Below, one piece after another: positions 50,403-61,313 of a DNA stretch of 64,000 nt. Location: contig CAWJJC010000010.1 in the NCBI GenBank assembly GCA_963843145.1, positions 96,001-160,000 on the forward strand, read 5' to 3'. Within the stretch, counting starts at the first letter, position 1. Every line of letters begins with the position of its first letter. The stretch is from an uncultured delta proteobacterium (lineage in GTDB: Bacteria; Desulfobacterota; RBG-13-43-22). A program made the translations under genes and the position numbers. The notes beneath the pieces were generated by a model. The model saw nothing but the letters and a program-made list of their open reading frames with translations, ran no database searches and was not told the DNA's origin.

Positions 50403-51176
50403 CTAAATCGTCTGCCCGCCGTCTACGCGGATAATCTCTCCGGTGACAAAGGAACCCGCCTCGGAGGCCAGGAAGAGGGCCAGTCCGGCGATCTCCTCGG
50501 GTTCTCCGAAGCGCCGCAGAACGATCTCTCGGAGGCGCACCGCTTTCCGGTCCGGATCGGTCCAGTTGACCCGGCTGAACTCGGTCTTGATGGAGCCCGG
50601 GGCGATGGCGTTGACCAGGATGTGGTGCGGAGCCAGCTCCCGGGCCAGGACCTGGGTCATCATGTTCAGCGCCGCTTTGCTGATACAGTAAGCCCCGGTC
50701 CCGTCGGCCCGGGCCCGTAGACCGCTGATCGAGCTGATATTGATGATCCGCCCCCCGCCTTGATCGATCATCCGGCGGGCCACGGCCTGACTCATGAGCC
50801 AGGCCCCCTTCAGATTAATCTCCAACACCTTATCCAAGCTCCGCTCCTCGAGATCCAATAGGGAACTCAGCACCGGATTCATACCGGCGTTGTTGACCAA
50901 CACATCAATTTTCCCAAATCGCTCCAGGGTTTTTTGGACCAGATTCTCCACCTCCGTCTTCTTCCCCACATGGGCCGCGATCGCCAGCCCGTTGCCCCCC
51001 AAAGCGCGGATCGCTTCGGCGGCCTGTTCCAACTCCGGCGGCTTGCGGTTGCGGCTGGAGACCACGACCTCGGCCCCCGCTTCCGCGAAAGCCAGGGCAA
51101 TGGACCGTCCGATGCCCCGGCTTCCTCCGGTCACCAGGGCCACCTTGTTCTTTAAAGAAAATAGCTTTTCAATCAT
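50403..51176 (-). CDS. SDR family NAD(P)-dependent oxidoreductase (DHRS4-like)
   Basis: TGGSRGIG, NNAG, YCISK, NAIAPG and VDGG. Confidence 0.93.
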   Translation of the reverse strand: MIEKLFSLKNKVALVTGGSRGIGRSIALAFAEAGAEVVVSSRNRKPPELEQAAEAIRALGGNGLAIAAHVGKKTEVENLVQKTLERFGKIDVLVNNAGMNPVLSSLLDLEERSLDKVLEINLKGAWLMSQAVARRMIDQGGGRIINISSISGLRARADGTGAYCISKAALNMMTQVLARELAPHHILVNAIAPGSIKTEFSRVNWTDPDRKAVRLREIVLRRFGEPEEIAGLALFLASEAGSFVTGEIIRVDGGQTI

Positions 51177-51338
51177 CTCCACCTCCTCCTTTTATTTTTA
51201 ACCTATCCGGGATACTATAATGCCCATCGCCCCCACCCGGTTAATTGGCTCTTTGCACCTCCTTTGCCGAATCCTTTTCACCGCCAAGGGGGATATTAGG
51301 CGATAACGGAGGTGGCCTCACCATAGTCTATGAATTTG

Positions 51339-51563
51339 TTAGAGGCAGTTGTTGAGCCGTTCCACGCTGTTCACGCCTACTGAAATCAGTTCGTGGCCCA
51401 GTTCCCGGAATACGACGGCGCCGAAGGGGCCGCCTGTTTCCCGGATCACATTCTCCCGGGCCAGGAAGATGGCCAGGCGCATCTTCTCCTCATCGCTTCG
51501 GCAGGGCGGGATATTTTTCATGAAATGATCCACCCAGGCCGGGAGGGTCCGCTTAATTTCCAT
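51339..51563 (-). pseudogene. 3'-truncated nucleoside/guanine deaminase family gene
   Basis: MRLAIFLARENV..TGGPFGAVVF...SVGVN is followed by a stop just before the expected HAE zinc motif. No PCxxC is seen downstream. Confidence 0.75.
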
Positions 51564-51840
51564 TGGACCAAAGGGCGCGACTGTTTCCATTTCGACGATT
51601 ATAAACCGAGGTCGATATAAACCTAAAGGCAAATTCGCCAGGTATTGAACGCTGGAGGAAGGGAAAATGAGAATGCCGGACTGATTCGGGGCCGAAAATA
51701 TCTCGAAGAGGCGATTTTTTTCTTGAAATTCAAACCTGTTTTGTAACAAATTGGACTAGTGTCATCCGGGAACGGCTATTTGGGTTTTTCAGTAAGGCCG
51801 ATCCCATCCTGTTAGGCAAATCCCCATGAGGGAGGGCGGA

Positions 51841-53058
51841 ATGAAAGTGGTGATCATTGGTCTGAGTGCCGCCGGTCTTTCGGCCTTGGAAACACTCCTG
51901 CGGTTTGCCCCCGAGGCCGAGATCACGGCGATCTCCGAGGAAAAACGGCAACCCTACTGCCGCTGCCTGCTCACTCAGTACCTCGGTCGTGAAGTCCAAC
52001 AGGATTTTCTGACGATTCGGGAGACAGCCCATTACCCAAAAAACGTGACCTGGCTTCTCGGGGAGCGAGTCTCGCAGATCGACCCGGGGAAGAAATCGAT
52101 CGCCTGTTCCTCCGGCCGCACCCTGAACTACGATAAATTATTGATCGCTGCCGGAGCCGGCGCCGTCCAGCCAGAATATTGCCGGGACGAAAACCGGACC
52201 CATACCTTGCGGTTTTTGGAAGACGCCCTGCAGATCGAAAACCTGGCCGTCGGGAGAGGGATCGTTGCCGGAGGCGGTTTTGTGGGCCTCAAGACGGCCT
52301 ATGGGTTGAAGGAAAGGGGCCTGGAGGTGGAAATGGTCGTCTCCTCCCCGCATCTGCTGTCCATGGTCATGAACGAACGGGCAGCGGTCTGGGTGGAAAA
52401 GGATCTTAAGTCCCTGGGCGTGGTCCTGAACCGAAATGACGATATTGCCCAAATCAGCGTCAAGGATCACCAGGTCCGGGCCGCGTTGAAATCAGGGAAA
52501 GAAATCCGGAGTGATGTCCTGGTAGTGGGCAAAGGGGTCGTTCCCCGGCTGGAGCTGGCCCGAAGCGCCGGTTTGACCGTCGAGGCCGGTATCCTGGTCA
52601 ATGAATTTTTGGAAACCTCTGCGCCGGATATTTTTGCCGCCGGGGACTGCTGCCAGGCCCTGGATGTAACCCGGGGACGACCCTGGATCAACGCCGTCTG
52701 GCCGGTGGCGGTGGAGCAGGGGTATTTTGCCGGCCAGAACCTGGCCGGGGTCCCGGCGGTCTATCCGGGGAGTATCGGGTTGAATAGTCTGAAAACACCC
52801 CGTTTCCATCTCATCAATGCCGGACTTTTGAACACCGCTGACGGAGTCACCTTTCACGAGCGACAGACTCCCGGCAAAGATCAGTTCCGCATGCTGGCTC
52901 TGCGGGAAGATATCCCGGTGGGTATGAGTTTTTATAATGCCCCCGAAGGCGCCGGGCCGGTGGTGAACCTTATCCGGCGGGGCCTGCCCCTGGCTCACGG
53001 CCTCCCGGAAGCCATCGTCAGCGGGGAGGCCTCCCTGTACGATTTGCTCAAAAACTGA
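51841..53058 (+). CDS. FAD-dependent pyridine nucleotide-disulfide oxidoreductase (CODH-associated FNOR)
   Basis: IIGLSAAG, PYCRC, YDKLLIAAG, GGGFVG, FAAGD and WPVAVEQG. Confidence 0.9.
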   Translation: MKVVIIGLSAAGLSALETLLRFAPEAEITAISEEKRQPYCRCLLTQYLGREVQQDFLTIRETAHYPKNVTWLLGERVSQIDPGKKSIACSSGRTLNYDKLLIAAGAGAVQPEYCRDENRTHTLRFLEDALQIENLAVGRGIVAGGGFVGLKTAYGLKERGLEVEMVVSSPHLLSMVMNERAAVWVEKDLKSLGVVLNRNDDIAQISVKDHQVRAALKSGKEIRSDVLVVGKGVVPRLELARSAGLTVEAGILVNEFLETSAPDIFAAGDCCQALDVTRGRPWINAVWPVAVEQGYFAGQNLAGVPAVYPGSIGLNSLKTPRFHLINAGLLNTADGVTFHERQTPGKDQFRMLALREDIPVGMSFYNAPEGAGPVVNLIRRGLPLAHGLPEAIVSGEASLYDLLKN

Positions 53059-53072
53059 CTTTTAAATAAAAC

Positions 53073-53115
53073 CATTTGAATTTGTTTCGGATTTCGGATT
53101 TCGTGCTTCGAATTT
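53073..53115. repeat. right arm only of the heptamer element, copy 4
   Basis: catttgaatttgtttcggatttcggatttcgtgcttcgaatttt. Confidence 0.75.
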
Positions 53116-53134
53116 TCCCTAAAAGGAGGTCCTT

Positions 53135-53728
53135 ATGAAAACGGTGGTAGTCAGGCCCGAGCGTTGTGTCGGCTGCCTGCAGTGCCGTGTGGCCTGCGCG
53201 GTGGCCCACTCGCTGAGCCAGTCCCTCTACGCGGCGCCCTATGAGTCGGTGCTATCCAAGCCCCGCATCCACATCGGGCTTTCCAAAGAAAAGGAGCCCT
53301 TTCCCAACAAGTGCCGGCACTGCGACCCGGCGCCCTGCGAGATGGCCTGTCTGACCAAGGCCATTTTCCGCGAAGATAAAGCCCGGGCCATGATGATCAA
53401 TCCCGATCGCTGCATCAATTGCGGCATGTGCGCCATGGCCTGTCCCTTCGGCGTGATCCGCTATCATACCTATCCCAGTCATAAAGAAGCGGCCCACAAG
53501 TGCGATCAGTGCGCGGCCCGCCAGCGAGAAGGAAAAGGGCCGGCCTGCGTGGAGGTCTGCAAATCCGGCGCCCTGCTTTTTGAGGAACCCAACCGGGTCC
53601 TGGATCGGGAGACGGACGAAATGGCTTCCCTGGTCTATCTGGGCATTCGGGAAAAAGCCTCGGCCGATAATCCCTTTGCTGCCTTAACCCGTTATCGCCA
53701 TTCGCTGGAACAATTAAGGAGGAGATAA
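53135..53728 (+). CDS. cooF: CooF-like 4x[4Fe-4S] electron-transfer protein
   Basis: CVGCLQCRVAC, CRHCDPAPCEMAC, CINCGMCAMACP and KCDQC...PACVEVC; immediately upstream of cooS. Confidence 0.88.
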   Translation: MKTVVVRPERCVGCLQCRVACAVAHSLSQSLYAAPYESVLSKPRIHIGLSKEKEPFPNKCRHCDPAPCEMACLTKAIFREDKARAMMINPDRCINCGMCAMACPFGVIRYHTYPSHKEAAHKCDQCAARQREGKGPACVEVCKSGALLFEEPNRVLDRETDEMASLVYLGIREKASADNPFAALTRYRHSLEQLRRR

Positions 53729-53731
53729 GCC

Positions 53732-55607
53732 ATGCGTGACGTTCAAGATCTTTCCATCTGTAAAGATGCCCAGCTTATGCTGAAGAAGGCGGCCGAAGAC
53801 GGCGTCGAGACCGTCTGGGACCGGTATCTAAAACAGCAGCCCCCCTGTGGCTATTGTGAACTGGGGCTCTCCTGCCGCAACTGCGTCATGGGGCCTTGCC
53901 GGATCGATCCCTTCGGGGAAGGGCCGCAACGAGGCGTTTGCGGCGCCGATGCCGATATCATCGTCGCCCGCAACCTGGCCCGGATGATCGCGGCCGGGGC
54001 GGCTTCCCATTCCGACCACGGGCGTGACCTGGTGGAGGTTTTGCATAAAATCGGCCAAGGTCAGGCCCCGGGCTATGCCATCAAGGACCCGGAAAAAATG
54101 AGACGCCTGGCGCTGGAGTACGGGGTCCCGACCGATAACCGCGAAACCCAGGCCATCGCCCTGGACTTGGCGGAAGCGATGATGGAAGACTACGGGATGA
54201 AGAAATCCCAGATTACCCTGGTCAACCGGGCACCAAAGCAGCGCCTGGATCTCTGGAAAAAATTTCGGGTCCTGCCCCGGGGCATTGACCGGGAGACCTC
54301 GGAGATGATGCACCGGACCCATATGGGCGTGGACAACGACTGGGTCTCCCTGCTCTTGCAGGCGGTCCGCAACAGTCTCTCCGATGGTTATGGCGGGTCC
54401 TTGATCGGCACCGAAGTGTCGGACATCATCTTCGGCACGCCTCAGCCGGGGATGTCCGAGGTAAATCTGGGGGTGCTCAAGGAAGATCGGGTCAACATCG
54501 TGGTCCACGGCCACAGCCCCGTCGTATCCGAGATGATCTGCCTGGCGGCCGAGGACCCGGAGATGATCGCCCTGGCCCAATCCAAAGGCGCCCGGGGGAT
54601 AAACCTGGTCGGGCTCTGCTGCACGGGCAACGAACTGACGATGCGCCGCAAGATCCCCATGGTCGGCAACCACCTGATGACCGAACTGACCCTGGTCACC
54701 GGGGCGGTGGAAGCCATGATCGTCGACTACCAATGCATTATGCCCTCCCTCGGGACAGGTGGCTCAGTGTTACCATACTCGAATGTATTCGACCTCGGAC
54801 AAGGCGAAATTCCCCTTCATGGAACACGTGGAATTCAATCCCGGCAACGCTAAAGAACAGGCCTACCGGATCGTCCGGGAGTCCATTGAAAATTTTACCC
54901 GCCGGGTCCCAGGGAAGGTCAACATCCCGGTCGAACCGGTCAGGACCATGACGGGTTTTTCGGTGGAGGCTATCGTCGGGGCCCTCGGCGGGACACTTAC
55001 GCCGCTGATTGAGGCCATCAAGGCCGGCAAGATCAAGGGCGCCGTGGGGGTGGTCGGCTGCAACAATCCCAAGGTCAAGCAGGACTACGGCCATGTGGAG
55101 TTGATCAAACGTCTGATCGCCAACGACATATTGGTTCTGACCACCGGCTGCGTCAACGTGGCCGCCGGCAAGGCCGGGCTGCAGGCCCCCGAGGCTAAAG
55201 ACCTGGCCGGTCCGGGCCTAAAGGAAATATGCGGCGCCTTGGGGATTCCGCCTTCCCTCCACCTGGGATCCTGCGTGGACAATTCGCGGATCCTGGTCAT
55301 TGCCTGCGCCCTGGCCAACGCCCTGGGAGTGGACATCAGCCAACTGCCCCTGGCCGGTTCGGCGCCGGAATGGTATTCCGAAAAGGCGGCGACAATCGCC
55401 TTCTACGTCATGGCCAGCGGGATCTTTACCCATCTCGGGGTCATGCCCCCTATTTTGGGGAGCAAGAAGGTCACCGAACTGGCCACCCAGGGACTGAACG
55501 ACGTCTTCGGGGCCTGCTTCGCCGTGGAACCGGACCCCATCAAGGCCGCCGAGTTGATTACTAATCACATCCTGGAAAAGCGAAAAGCTTTAGGTCTCAG
55601 CGTTTAG
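53732..55607 (+). CDS. cooS: anaerobic Ni,Fe carbon monoxide dehydrogenase catalytic subunit, frameshifted near 54754
   Basis: CGYC..SCRNCVMGPC, HSDH, HGH, CCTGNE and DYQC in 53732..54853; GCNN, TGC, GSCVDN and SEKA in 54759..55607. Confidence 0.93.
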
Positions 55608-55621
55608 TCGATAGTAGCTAG

Positions 55622-55664
55622 ATGCAAAGAGGGTCCAGACTTAGGGTCTGGGCCCTCTTTGCAT
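55622..55664. terminator. 19-bp stem-loop after cooS
   Basis: atgcaaagagggtccagac-ttagg-gtctgggccctctttgcat between convergent genes. Confidence 0.65.
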
Positions 55665-55810
55665 AAGCACTCCCTTCTTCCCATTTTTCATGCCGGAGTT
55701 CTGGTTTCAAATCCTGGCGCCTTCCCATCAGATGCATGTTTTAACTTTTTGACTCAATTCTACAAGAGGAAAGCCGTCTTCAATAGCGCGAGGGACGTAA
55801 GGGGATTCAC

Positions 55811-55901
55811 TCATAGAGTAAGGTCCGAAGGCCTGGCGACGTTCAGTTCGCTTACTTTTTGAAAGGCGGCATCAGCCTTTGGAAATATCGTCGAGGTTCA
55901 T
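55811..55901 (-). pseudogene. internally deleted PIN/VapC-like toxin remnant
   Basis: ATGA overlap with the antitoxin stop. MNLDDISKG joins out of frame to ADAAFQKVSELNVARPSDLTL*, which resemble the two ends of PIN proteins. Confidence 0.6.
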
Positions 55902-56140
55902 GAATCCCAGCTATCTTCTTTCAGGACTTTCCTGAACTGTTCATGACTGAGGCGCATAGGACGTTCACAAAAAAGTTGGTAGGCGCTCTCCCGCTTTTGG
56001 GGATCGGGCAATCGGTTACTCAGGTAAGTGACCAGAGCGTCCTGAATCAGGTCGCTCAAAGGCCGGCCCTCTTCAAGGGCCCGATGTTTGGCCAGTTTGA
56101 TAACCTCTTCTTCAATCAAAGTGCCGACTTTTCTTTTCAT
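55898..56140 (-). CDS. ribbon-helix-helix (VapB-like) antitoxin, 80 aa
   Basis: MKRKVGTLIEEEVIKLAKHRALEEGRPLSDLIQDAL is an RHH pattern. The 196-aa ORF-track version is over-extended. Confidence 0.75.
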   Translation of the reverse strand: MKRKVGTLIEEEVIKLAKHRALEEGRPLSDLIQDALVTYLSNRLPDPQKRESAYQLFCERPMRLSHEQFRKVLKEDSWDS

Positions 56141-56452
56141 ATTAAGGGTCTCACAATAGTCTGTACATACACTGACCGTAATCCCCGAGGGGAAGTAATT
56201 CCCCCCATGGGTACTGGCTGACCAACGGAGATTGCTTCGTCGCTTCGCTTCTCGCTGGCCCTTGGCTTCGTTTGATCCCTCCGTTTTTTTGATTTTTCTC
56301 CCTTCCCCTCTCTTTTTTCCATTGTATCCCCTTTCCGGACTAAAGCAAATTCTTATCCATGTAGTCCGGACTTGCGTTTTACATGGCGGCCAGCGGCCCG
56401 AATATGTTAATTTGTAAAAATTGAAATTTTTGCCGGGTATTGTATTGTGAGC

Positions 56453-59400
56453 ATGAATGACCAAAGGGATCCCCTCTCCCCATTCCATCCCCTGATCCGC
56501 AAGTGGTTTACGGAAAGGCTGGGTGCGCCAACCAATATACAGTCACGTCGCCTGGCCGGAAATTGCCCTCGGAAGACACGTTCTGGTGACGGCGCCTACG
56601 GGCAGCGGCAAGACGCTGACGGCCTTCCTCTGGGCCATCAACCAACTGGTCACCGGCGCCTGGGTCACCGGCCGGACGCGCGTCCTCTATGTCTCGCCCT
56701 TAAAAGCGCTGAATAATGATATCCGGCGCAACCTGGCCAATCCCCTGGGGGAACTTCGCTCGTACTTCACGAAGGCCGGCGAGGAGTTTCCGCCTATCGG
56801 CCTGCTGACGCGCAGCGGCGATACGCCGGCGGAAGAACGGCGGCGGATGCGGCGCCGGCCGCCGGAAATCCTGATCACCACGCCGGAAAGCCTGAATCTC
56901 CTTTTGAGTTCCCGGAGCGGCCGGGAGATGCTGACCGGGATTGCCACGGTGATCCTGGATGAGATCCACGCCGTGATCGGCACCAAACGGGGGACCCATC
57001 TGATTACGGCCGTCGATCGCCTGGTCCGCCTTTCCGGCGAATTCCAGCGACTGGCCCTGTCGGCCACGGTGAAGCCCCTGGCCATCGTAGCCGAGTTTAT
57101 CGGCGGGTCCATGCTAAAGGGCGAAGGGCCCTCCGGGTATTATGAAAAACGGAACGTTTCGATTATTAAATCGAAGGACACCAAGCGCTATGGGATCGAG
57201 GTCCTTTTCCCTCCGGACGTCCGGGAACAGCCGGCCGACGCCTCCCGGTGGCCGGTCCTGGCTGCCGCCTTCCGGGAAGTCATTCGGGCCCACCGCTCCG
57301 TCCTGCTCTTTGCCAACAGCCGCCGCCTGGCGGAAAAGGTCACCCGCCTGATCAACGAAGGTCTAGCGGAAGAGCTGGCCTACTCCCACCACGGCTCCCT
57401 CTCCCGGGAGATCCGCCTGGCAGTGGAACAGCGTTTGAAAAATGGCGAACTGCGGGCCATCGTCGCCACCAGTTCCCTGGAGCTCGGCATCGATATCGGC
57501 GAACTGGATCTCGTCGTGCTTATCCAGACGCCGCCCTCCATATCCGCGGCCATCCAGCGGATCGGGCGTTCCGGCCACCGCGTCGGAGGGGTGAGCCGCG
57601 GCCTGCTCTATCCCACCCACGGGATTGATTTTCTGACCGCCGCCGTTATCGCCAAGAGCATCACGGATCAGGATATCGAAGCCGTCCGGCCCATCGAAGG
57701 TCCGCTGGACGTATTGGCCCAGGTGATCCTTTCCCTGACCGGTTTGGAACAATGGGATATGGATGAACTGTTCTCCTTCATAAAAACCAGCTACCCCTAC
57801 CGGCGCCTCCCCCGCCGGCAATTCGACCTGGTCCTGGAAATGCTGGCCGGGGGATACGCGGAAACGAGGCTCCGGGAACTTAAACCGCGCCTCTCCCTGG
57901 ATAAACTCGATAGCACCGTCCACGGCCGGGAGGGGGTGCTGCGTTTGCTCTATCTCTCGGGCGGAACCATCCCGGACCGCGGCTATTATGATTTGCGGCT
58001 GGCGGATTCCAAGGCCAAGATAGGCGAACTGGACGAAGAATTTGTCTGGGAACGGAGCCTCGGCGACACCTTCACCCTGGGCGCCCAGGTTTGGCGGATT
58101 CAGAAGGTGACCCACAACGAGGTAGAGGTGCTGCCGGCGGAGGTCAAACCTGGCATCTTCCCCTTCTGGAAGGCCGAGGACTTGAATCGGGATTTTCACT
58201 TTTCGGAAAAGATCCTGCTGTTCCTGGAACGATTCCAGACTCGGCCTGAAGTTTCCGTTTGGAAAGAGGAACTGCGGCGGGAATATTTCATGGAGAGAGG
58301 CGGCGGCGGACGAACTCCTCGGGTTTCTAAAAAGACAACAGGAAGCGACCCGGTCCGAGCTCCCTCACCGGCATCATCTGCTGATCGAGCACTTCCAGGA
58401 TCCCCTGAACCCCGCGGACGGCCGGCAAGTTATTCTACATACGCTCTGGGGCGGAAAAATCAACCGGCCTTTAAGCCTGGCCCTGCAGGCGGCTTGGGAA
58501 GAGAAGACTCGACACTCGTCTGGAAATCTTCCAGAATAACGACGGCCTCTTATTCCTGCTGCCGGACGACGTTTCCGCCGCGGAGGTCCTGACCCTGGTG
58601 ACGCCGGAAAACCTGGAACGGCTGCTCCGGCGGACGCTGGAGCAGAGCGGGTTTTTCGGGGCGAAATTCCGGGAAAACGCCGGCCGGGCACTGTTGCTCC
58701 CCCGCGGGGATTTTAAAAAACGCCTGCCCCTCTGGCTGAACCGGCTCCGGTCCAAGACGCTGTTGGAGGCCGTTCGGGTCTATCCGGATTTTCCCATTTT
58801 GCTGGAGACCTGGCGCACCTGCCTGCAGGATGAGTTCGACCTGGACCATCTAAAGCAACTGCTCGACGAAATCCGTGGCGGTCGGATAAAGATCACCGAG
58901 GCCGTCACTACCGCGGCCTCTCCCTTCGCCGACGGCCTGGTCTACCGGCAGACCAATGCCTATATGTATGCGGACGACACGCCCCGGTCGGAGAAAGCCT
59001 CTGCCTTGAGCCAGGAACTGCTGAAAGAAGTACTGTTTTCCCAGCGCCTCCGGCCGCGCCTTTCCCCGGACCTCAGCGCCGCGCTGGAGGAAAAGCTGAA
59101 GCGAACGACCCCGGGCTACGCCCCCCGATCGGCGGCCGACCTCCTGGACTGGGTCAAAGAGCGGCTCCTGATCCCGGCGCCGGAGTGGCAGGAGCTTAAA
59201 GAGGCCATGGGTCGTGATCGCGGGAGTTCGCCGGACGACCGAATCACAACCATCAGAGAAAAGATCGTCTCCCTGCGGCTGCCCGGGGCCTCGCTGGACC
59301 TGATTGGCGCCATAGAAAATCTGGGCCGGATCACCAAGGCCTTTCAAATCCAACCCGGGAAGTTGACGGTTCGGGATGTATTTTCCGGTGCCCCCTTGTC

Positions 59401-60961
59401 CGGCCGGGCCGCCTATTGGGTCGACACCGTATTAAAAAAATCCCCTTCAAAAAAAGCCGATCAGGAGGAGAACCCGCTGCCGGATCTCTTCCAGCAGTGG
59501 CTTTCCTTCTACGGACCGATCCGGAAATCCTCTCTGAAAGAGGTGCTGGGTCTCGAGGGTGTCCGACTGGATGACCTGTTGGCCGGCTTGGCGGAAGCCC
59601 AGGAGGTGGTGCTCGACCTGTTGACGGAACAGGCCGAAGAGCTGGAAATCTGTGACCGGGAAAACCTGGAGATCCTGCTCCGGATGGCCCGCAGGTCCCG
59701 GCAGCCTTCCTTCCAGGCCCTCGACTTGGACCGGCTGCCGCTGTTTCTGGCCGACTGGCAGGGCCTCACCCGGCCGGGCCACTCGCCCGATGACCTCCAG
59801 CGCATCCTGGATCAGCTCTTTGGATTCCCGGCCGCCGCCGACGCCTGGGAGAAACAGTTTCTGCCGGCCCGCTTATCGCCCTATTACGGTGCCTGGCTGG
59901 ACGGTCTGATCCACTCCGGTCCTCTTCTCTGGTTCGGCTGCGGCCTTCGTAAATTGAGCCTAGCCTTCTCCGACGACCTGGAACTCTTCCTCGATCCCGG
60001 CAGTGCCGGATCCGGATCGAAAACAGCGGAGACGAAGACCGGGGAGGAGGAACTGGTCCGTCTGCTGCCCCGGGAAATCGGACGTTACGGCCTGCTGGAT
60101 ATTATCCGCCATTCAAAAATGGACAGCCGGACCGTAACCGGAAAACTCTGGGACCTGGCCTGGCAGGGGCGGATCACCAATGACGCCTTCACCGCCCTGC
60201 GCCAGGGGATCGTGACGGATTTTGCTCCGTTTCCTTTAAATGAGGCCGGCCCCCGGCCTTCCCGATCGGCCTTTAACCGCTGGGCCGCTACACGCCCGCT
60301 GTCCGGAAACTGGTACGCTATCGACCGCGATAAGATGGATAAAGATCCCATCGCGGAAGCGGAATTGGTCAAGGACCGGGTCCGTCAGCTCCTCCGGCGC
60401 TATGGTCTACTCTTCCGGGAACTGGTAGCGGGCGAGCTGCCGCTGCTTCGCTGGTCCAGGGTATTCAAGGCCCTACGGCTCATGGAGCTTTCCGGCGAGA
60501 TCCTCTCCGGGCATTTTTTTCAAGGTATCCCCGGCCTGCAATTCATCTCCCCCGAGGCCTTCCGCTTCTTAAACGAACCCCAGACGGAGGACCCCGTTTA
60601 CTGGCTGAATGCCGCCGACCCGGCCTCGCTTTGCGGGATTAAACTGGAGGCCTGGAAGGGCCTCCTCCCCAGCCGCCGACCTTCGACGCATCTGGTCTAC
60701 CGCGGATCTCGATTGGTCATCATTTCCCGCCGGAACGGCGGGTCCCTGGAAATGCGGATCCCTCCCGAAGACCCGCGTCTCCCCGACTACCTGGCCTTTT
60801 TTAAGGTGCTGTTAACTCGCGAATTCAGTCCCGAAAAAATCATACTGGTGGAAACGATCAACGGGAAGCCTGCCCTGGAAAGCGAATACGCCGGTCCTTT
60901 GAAGGCCTTCGGTTTTTACAGAGGCTATAAAGGATTAGAGTTGGTGAAGAAATATGATTGA
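56453..60961 (+). CDS. lhr: Lhr-family large ATP-dependent helicase, three frameshifts (about 56549, 58295, 58510)
   Basis: FHPLIRKWF, APTGSGKT, SPLKAL, TTPESL, DEIH, SAT, HHGSLS, SLELGID, QRIGRSGH and GGTIPDRG; long C-terminal region with LLRRYG and AADPA. Confidence 0.9.
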
Positions 60962-60973
60962 TTTGAGTGGGGC

Positions 60974-61132
60974 TCAAATTTGATGAACTCGCAAAAAGTC
61001 CCCCAGTCTGTCATTGCGAGGAGTGAAGCGACGAAGCAATCCCCAAGAATCAGCTAATTGCCGAGGTGGGGATTGCTTTTCTTCGCTCGCAATGACGGTT
61101 TTTTCGACTTTTTGCGAAACCATCAAATTTGA
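60974..61132. mobile_element. MITE-like element, copy 2, carrying a nested GTCAT..ATGAC repeat
   Basis: tcaaatttgatgaactcgcaaaaagtc ... gactttttgcgaaaccatcaaatttga (27 bp, 3 mismatches). The inner gtcattgcgag...ctcgcaatgac spans 61010-61096; part of it recurs inverted at about 56228-56256. Confidence 0.7.
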
Positions 61133-61193
61133 CAGGCCCGGATTCCAGCTAAGCTAAATAAAGGGGATGACCGTCAGGTTAACTCAGAAATTC

Positions 61194-61258
61194 CGTCCTC
61201 CCCGAATGCTTTTATCGCGTATCCAGGGTTCCCGCTCAGAAACGCTGCGAGAATAACG
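61194..61258. repeat. diverged inverted copy of the 28629 REP-like element
   Basis: ttcccgctcagaaacgctgcgagaataacg versus the reverse complement of 28629-28658, ttcccgctcagaagcgctgcgggaatgacg. Confidence 0.75.
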
Positions 61259-61313
61259 TTTTATGATGTTATTACTATTTTGAGACCATTCATGATATCC
61301 CGGCCGAGCCTCA

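Noticed and set aside
51755-51780. CooA box upstream of the CODH operon (TGTCATCCGGGAACGG)
   Set aside because: Only the left half-site matches TGTCA-N6-TGACA.
54740-54770. Programmed frameshifting in cooS, lhr or the ligases
   Set aside because: No shared slippery heptamer or stimulatory structure was seen; the scattered +1 pattern fits sequencing error.
55898-56488. 196-aa version of the antitoxin ORF
   Set aside because: The N-terminal extension runs through a REP-like repeat and the divergent lhr promoter; ATG 56140 gives a typical 80-aa RHH protein.
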